NCBI RefSeq assembly: GCF_963921235.1
Contig: NC_086097.1
Coordinates: 31,312,001 to 31,376,000 of the forward strand
From: Mobula hypostoma
Lineage: Eukaryota
Direction of reading: 5' to 3'
Length of the DNA stretch: 64,000 nt
This document shows, piece by piece, positions 63,961 through 64,000 of the stretch. The notes beneath the pieces were generated by a model that saw only the letters and a program-made list of their open reading frames with translations, searched no databases and was not told where the DNA came from. Positions within the stretch are counted from its first letter, which is position 1. Each line of letters starts with the position of its first letter. A program made the position numbers and the translations under genes.

Positions 63961-64000
63961 TCCATATTTTGTCTTTGGCTTGGTTTTAATTGCATTATAA

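Noticed and set aside
1..64000. Nested BTBD6 gene (inside BRF1 in human, from memory), CRISPR arrays, prokaryotic systems or an intact autonomous transposon
   Set aside because: No BTB-domain coding or repeat-spacer array was seen, and every transposon ORF is truncated or disrupted.

Overview
Eukaryotic, repeat-dominated genomic DNA; the repeat families suggest a cartilaginous fish, probably a ray (inference). The window appears to lie inside the BRF1 gene (TFIIIB 90-kDa subunit) on the minus strand. I found one coding exon (37296-37469, 174 nt, missed by the ORF track), followed by a U12-type (minor spliceosome) donor GTATCCTTT. No neighbouring BRF1 exon was found, implying a U12 intron of over 37 kb and an upstream intron of over 26 kb. 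The rest is nested mobile DNA: many CR1 LINEs, two long RTE LINEs with target-site duplications (TSDs), an L1-clade 3' end, Rex1/Babar remnants, Penelope-like elements, V-SINEs, and Tc1, pogo-like, hAT and Harbinger DNA-transposon remnants. The best RNA-level observations are an HDV-like ribozyme fold starting exactly at the 5' end of RTE-1, a pseudoknot conserved with covariation before the ORFs of both divergent RTEs, a second U12 branch-site/donor cluster at 153-186, and decayed Penelope hammerheads. Repeat boundaries are approximate unless a TSD is given. All family names come from manual motif recognition, not database searches.
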